64,000 nt of DNA from Alphaproteobacteria bacterium (GTDB taxonomy: Bacteria > Pseudomonadota > Alphaproteobacteria > GCA-2731375). Shown piece by piece: positions 61,217 through 64,000 of the stretch. The stretch's first letter is position 1. Each line of letters begins with the position of its first letter. A program made the translations under genes and the position numbers. Below the pieces are notes generated by a model. That model did not search any database and was not told the DNA's origin. It saw only the letters and a list, made by a program, of their open reading frames with translations. The DNA lies in contig CBDDBZ010000037.1 of NCBI GenBank assembly GCA_965225945.1, forward strand, positions 64,001 to 128,000. The letters run 5' to 3'.

Positions 61217-62512
61217 TCAGCCCTCGGCCTTCAGGATATCGGCGGATTCGGCGATCGCCTCGACCGTCTGGGCGATATCGTCCGCGTCGTGGGCGGTGGA
61301 GACGTAGAACTTGCTCTGGATCTTCAAGATCCCGCGCGCGCGCAGCAGTTGGTTGAAGCGCTTCGCGCGCGCGCCGTCGCCCCGGGCCACGCCGCGGTAG
61401 TCTTTGATCTCCCTCTCCTCGGTGAAGACCACGTCGAACAGGGTCGGATGCCCGACCACCACGGCCGGGATGCCGACCCGGGCCAGGTTTTCCTCCAGCG
61501 CCACCATGAGGGTCCGGCCGGTCTCCTGGACCTTCTGGTAGACCCCCGGTTCGCTGAGGACCTCGAGCGTGGCGAGCCCCGCGACCGAGGCCACCGGATT
61601 GCCGCTGAGCGTTCCCATCTGAAAGGTGAAGCCTTCCTCGCCCACCGCCTCGCGGTCGAAATGGGCCATGATCTCGGCCGTGCCGGCGATCGCCGCCAGG
61701 GGAATGCCGCCGCCGATGATCTTGCCGAGGCTGCAGATGTCCGGCGTCACGCCATAGAGCTCTTGCGCCCCGCCATAGGCGAAGCGGAAACCGGTCACCA
61801 CCTCGTCGAAGATCAGCGGAATGCCGTGGCGCAGCGTTTCCTCGCGCAGCGTCTCCAGGAACCCCGGCACCGGCGGCAGCAGGCGTTGGAACGGCTCGGC
61901 GATGACGCCCGCCAACTCGTCGGCATTTTCGGCGATCATCCGCTTGGCCGCCTCGGTGTCGTTGAAGGGGGCGACCAAGACCTCGTCGCGGACGCGCTGG
62001 GGCAGGCCGGCCGAATCCGGTGCCGCCTGGGGGAAGTTGGTGAGCTGCTTGGGAAAGGTGCTCATCAGCGCTTGGTCGCTCATGCCGTGGAAGCCGCCCT
62101 CGAACTTCAGGATCTTCTCGCGTCCCCGATGCGCGCGAGCGAGGCGCATGGCGTACATGTCGGCTTCCGAGCCGGTGGAGACGAAACGCACCTGTTTGGC
62201 ACAGGGCACGGCCTCGCAAATCGCCTCCGCCAGCTCGATGCCCGCGGCGTTGTTGGCGAAGAAGGTGGTGCCGCGCGGCACCTGCGCCTGAATCGCTGCC
62301 AGGACCCTGGGGTGAGCGTGGCCGACGAACATGGGGCCGGAGCCGAGCAGGAAATCGACGTATTCGTTGCCGCTGACGTCCCAGACCCGGCCGCCCTTGC
62401 CTTCGGCGATGACGACGTCGTTGGAGAAGTTGCCGAAACCGCCCGCCGGCAGCACCTTCCGGGCCCGCTCCATCAGCTCCGTTTCCACAGCACCTCGGGT
62501 GATGTCCGCCAT
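61217..62512 (-). CDS. Class III aminotransferase (GSA aminomutase-like)
   Basis: STGSEA, FEGGFHG, FDEVVTGFR, LGKIIGGG. Confidence 0.88.
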   Translation of the reverse strand: MADITRGAVETELMERARKVLPAGGFGNFSNDVVIAEGKGGRVWDVSGNEYVDFLLGSGPMFVGHAHPRVLAAIQAQVPRGTTFFANNAAGIELAEAICEAVPCAKQVRFVSTGSEADMYAMRLARAHRGREKILKFEGGFHGMSDQALMSTFPKQLTNFPQAAPDSAGLPQRVRDEVLVAPFNDTEAAKRMIAENADELAGVIAEPFQRLLPPVPGFLETLREETLRHGIPLIFDEVVTGFRFAYGGAQELYGVTPDICSLGKIIGGGIPLAAIAGTAEIMAHFDREAVGEEGFTFQMGTLSGNPVASVAGLATLEVLSEPGVYQKVQETGRTLMVALEENLARVGIPAVVVGHPTLFDVVFTEEREIKDYRGVARGDGARAKRFNQLLRARGILKIQSKFYVSTAHDADDIAQTVEAIAESADILKAEG

Positions 62513-62536
62513 TGATCCCTCCCTCGCGTGATCGCG

Positions 62537-64000
62537 CTAAATCTCCCGCGCCACCCGGTGTCCGTCGATCACGGCCATCTCGATGTCGCGGGGTTGGAAA
62601 CAATCCCCGATCGCGTGCAGTTCCGCCACCTGGCCCTGGAGCGCCCGGTGAAGCCCGTCCTCGGCTTGGCCGCCGGCGGCGAGCACCACGGTGTCGACGT
62701 CCTCGATGCTGCCGGGCTCCCAACTGACCACGTTATAGACGTCGAGCGAGGTTTCGTTCACCTCCCAGACGCCGGTGAAGGGGGTCATCCGCACGCCCTT
62801 CTTCAAAAGCCGTTCGAATTGGTAATGCCAGGCGGGCGCCGGCATGTCGCGGCCGACGAATTCGAGGCCGGTGACGATCTCCACCGCCTTGCCCTCGTCG
62901 GCGAGAAATTCGGCGACGCTCGGCGCCTCCGCCCGCCCGAGGGTGTCGATCACGACGACGCGGGCGCCGATCTCGGCGTTGCCTTGCAGGACCTCGCGCG
63001 CGCTCAGCACGTGGCGTTGCTCGACGCCCAGGATCTCCGGCCGGAAAGGGGTGGAGCCGGTGGCGACGACGACGGCGTCGGGCGCCTCGCCCAGCACCTC
63101 GTCCACCCCGACCTCGGCGCCGAGCTTGAGCTCGACCCCGAGCTTGGCCAACTGGCGCTCGAAATAGAGGATGATCTCCTCGAAATTCTCCCGCCCCGGC
63201 GTCCGCGTGATCAGCCCGATCTGACCGCCGAGGCGCCGCGCCGCCTCGAACAGCACGACGTCGTGACCGCGTGTCGCGGCGATTCGGCCCGCCTCCATCC
63301 CCGCCGGGCCGCCGCCGACCACGACGACGCGTCGGCGCGTCGGCGCCGCCGGCAGCTCCGCCCACTCGCCTTCCCGCCCGGTGACGGGGTTATAGATGCA
63401 GCCGACGCCCATGCCGACGTAGATATGGCCGACGCAGCTCTGGGTGCAGGCGATGCAGGTGCGGATATCCTCGCTCCGCCCCTCCCGCGCCTTGTTGGGC
63501 CAGTGCGGATCGGCGATCAGGGCACGGGCGAGGCCGATGATGTCCGCCTTGCCCGAGGCCACGAAGTCTTCGGCGAGGCCTGGTGAATCGATCCGACCGG
63601 TGCCGACGACCGGCAGCGAGACCACCTCCTTCAGACCCGCCGGCAGATGGGCGAAGGCGCCGGGCTCGCGGTAGTGGGCCGGCCAATGGTCGCGCCCGCT
63701 CCTCGGGCTCGGCACCAGGCCCTGCCACATGTTGAAATAGTCGACCTTGCCGCCCGCCTCCACCAGCTTCGCCACCTGCTTGTAATCTTCCAGCCCCAGG
63801 CTGAAATCCACCAAATCGTCATAGAAGCGGATGCCGAGCAGGCGCTCCGGCCCGAGCGCCGCGTGCGCGACGTCGATGACCTCGTTCAGGAAGGTCATCC
63901 GTTCTTCCAGCCTGGCCCCGCCGTATTTGTCGTCGCGCAGGTTCGACTGGGGGTTCAAAAAGTTGGTGAAGAGGTAATCCATGCCGACCGAGAGTTCGAT
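62537..64000 (-). CDS. Old-yellow-enzyme family NADH:flavin oxidoreductase with Fe-S and FAD domains (5' end outside window)
   Basis: NLRDDKYGG, CIACTQSC, GGGPAG, IGDC. Confidence 0.88.
   Translation of the reverse strand: MELSVGMDYLFTNFLNPQSNLRDDKYGGARLEERMTFLNEVIDVAHAALGPERLLGIRFYDDLVDFSLGLEDYKQVAKLVEAGGKVDYFNMWQGLVPSPRSGRDHWPAHYREPGAFAHLPAGLKEVVSLPVVGTGRIDSPGLAEDFVASGKADIIGLARALIADPHWPNKAREGRSEDIRTCIACTQSCVGHIYVGMGVGCIYNPVTGREGEWAELPAAPTRRRVVVVGGGPAGMEAGRIAATRGHDVVLFEAARRLGGQIGLITRTPGRENFEEIILYFERQLAKLGVELKLGAEVGVDEVLGEAPDAVVVATGSTPFRPEILGVEQRHVLSAREVLQGNAEIGARVVVIDTLGRAEAPSVAEFLADEGKAVEIVTGLEFVGRDMPAPAWHYQFERLLKKGVRMTPFTGVWEVNETSLDVYNVVSWEPGSIEDVDTVVLAAGGQAEDGLHRALQGQVAELHAIGDCFQPRDIEMAVIDGHRVAREI

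Noticed and set aside
145-62723. Many long antisense or alternate-frame ORFs (for example 145-2463, 16531-18894, 18949-21243)
   Set aside because: Shadow ORFs expected at high GC; they overlap well-supported genes and lack recognisable motifs.
1-64000. CRISPR array, tRNA/rRNA, cobalamin riboswitch near scpA, prophage or defence genes
   Set aside because: No regularly spaced repeat-spacer array, cloverleaf, B12 box or matching protein motifs were recognised by eye; a covariance-model scan was not possible.

Overview
GC-rich alphaproteobacterial chromosome segment, Rhodospirillales-like by inference from the prfB-mrcA-amiC-rne and rplM-rpsI-argC arrangement. The right half (about 32-64 kb) is mostly housekeeping and catabolic genes. 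The left half (about 2.7-31 kb) is an eroded, IS-saturated zone with at least 11 insertion sequences, many nested in one another, plus gene fragments. The best candidate for an undescribed system is a precisely bounded 4,141-bp IS21-related transposon (11401-15541, TGT...ACA ends, 7-bp TSD AACGTCA). It carries a tightly coupled four-gene operon: a Cys-rich Zn-finger/basic protein, IstA, IstB, and a primase-like Toprim protein with altered catalytic residues. The operon sits behind a structured ~400-nt leader, and the whole element is inserted inside an otherwise complete IS1595. Also notable are a collinear mosaic of ISKra4 and host DNA (2736-3808), an internally inverted remnant of the methylmalonyl-CoA mutase gene, and a 17-bp tandem triplication of the rplM ribosome-binding region. 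All family assignments come from motif recognition; no database search was run.
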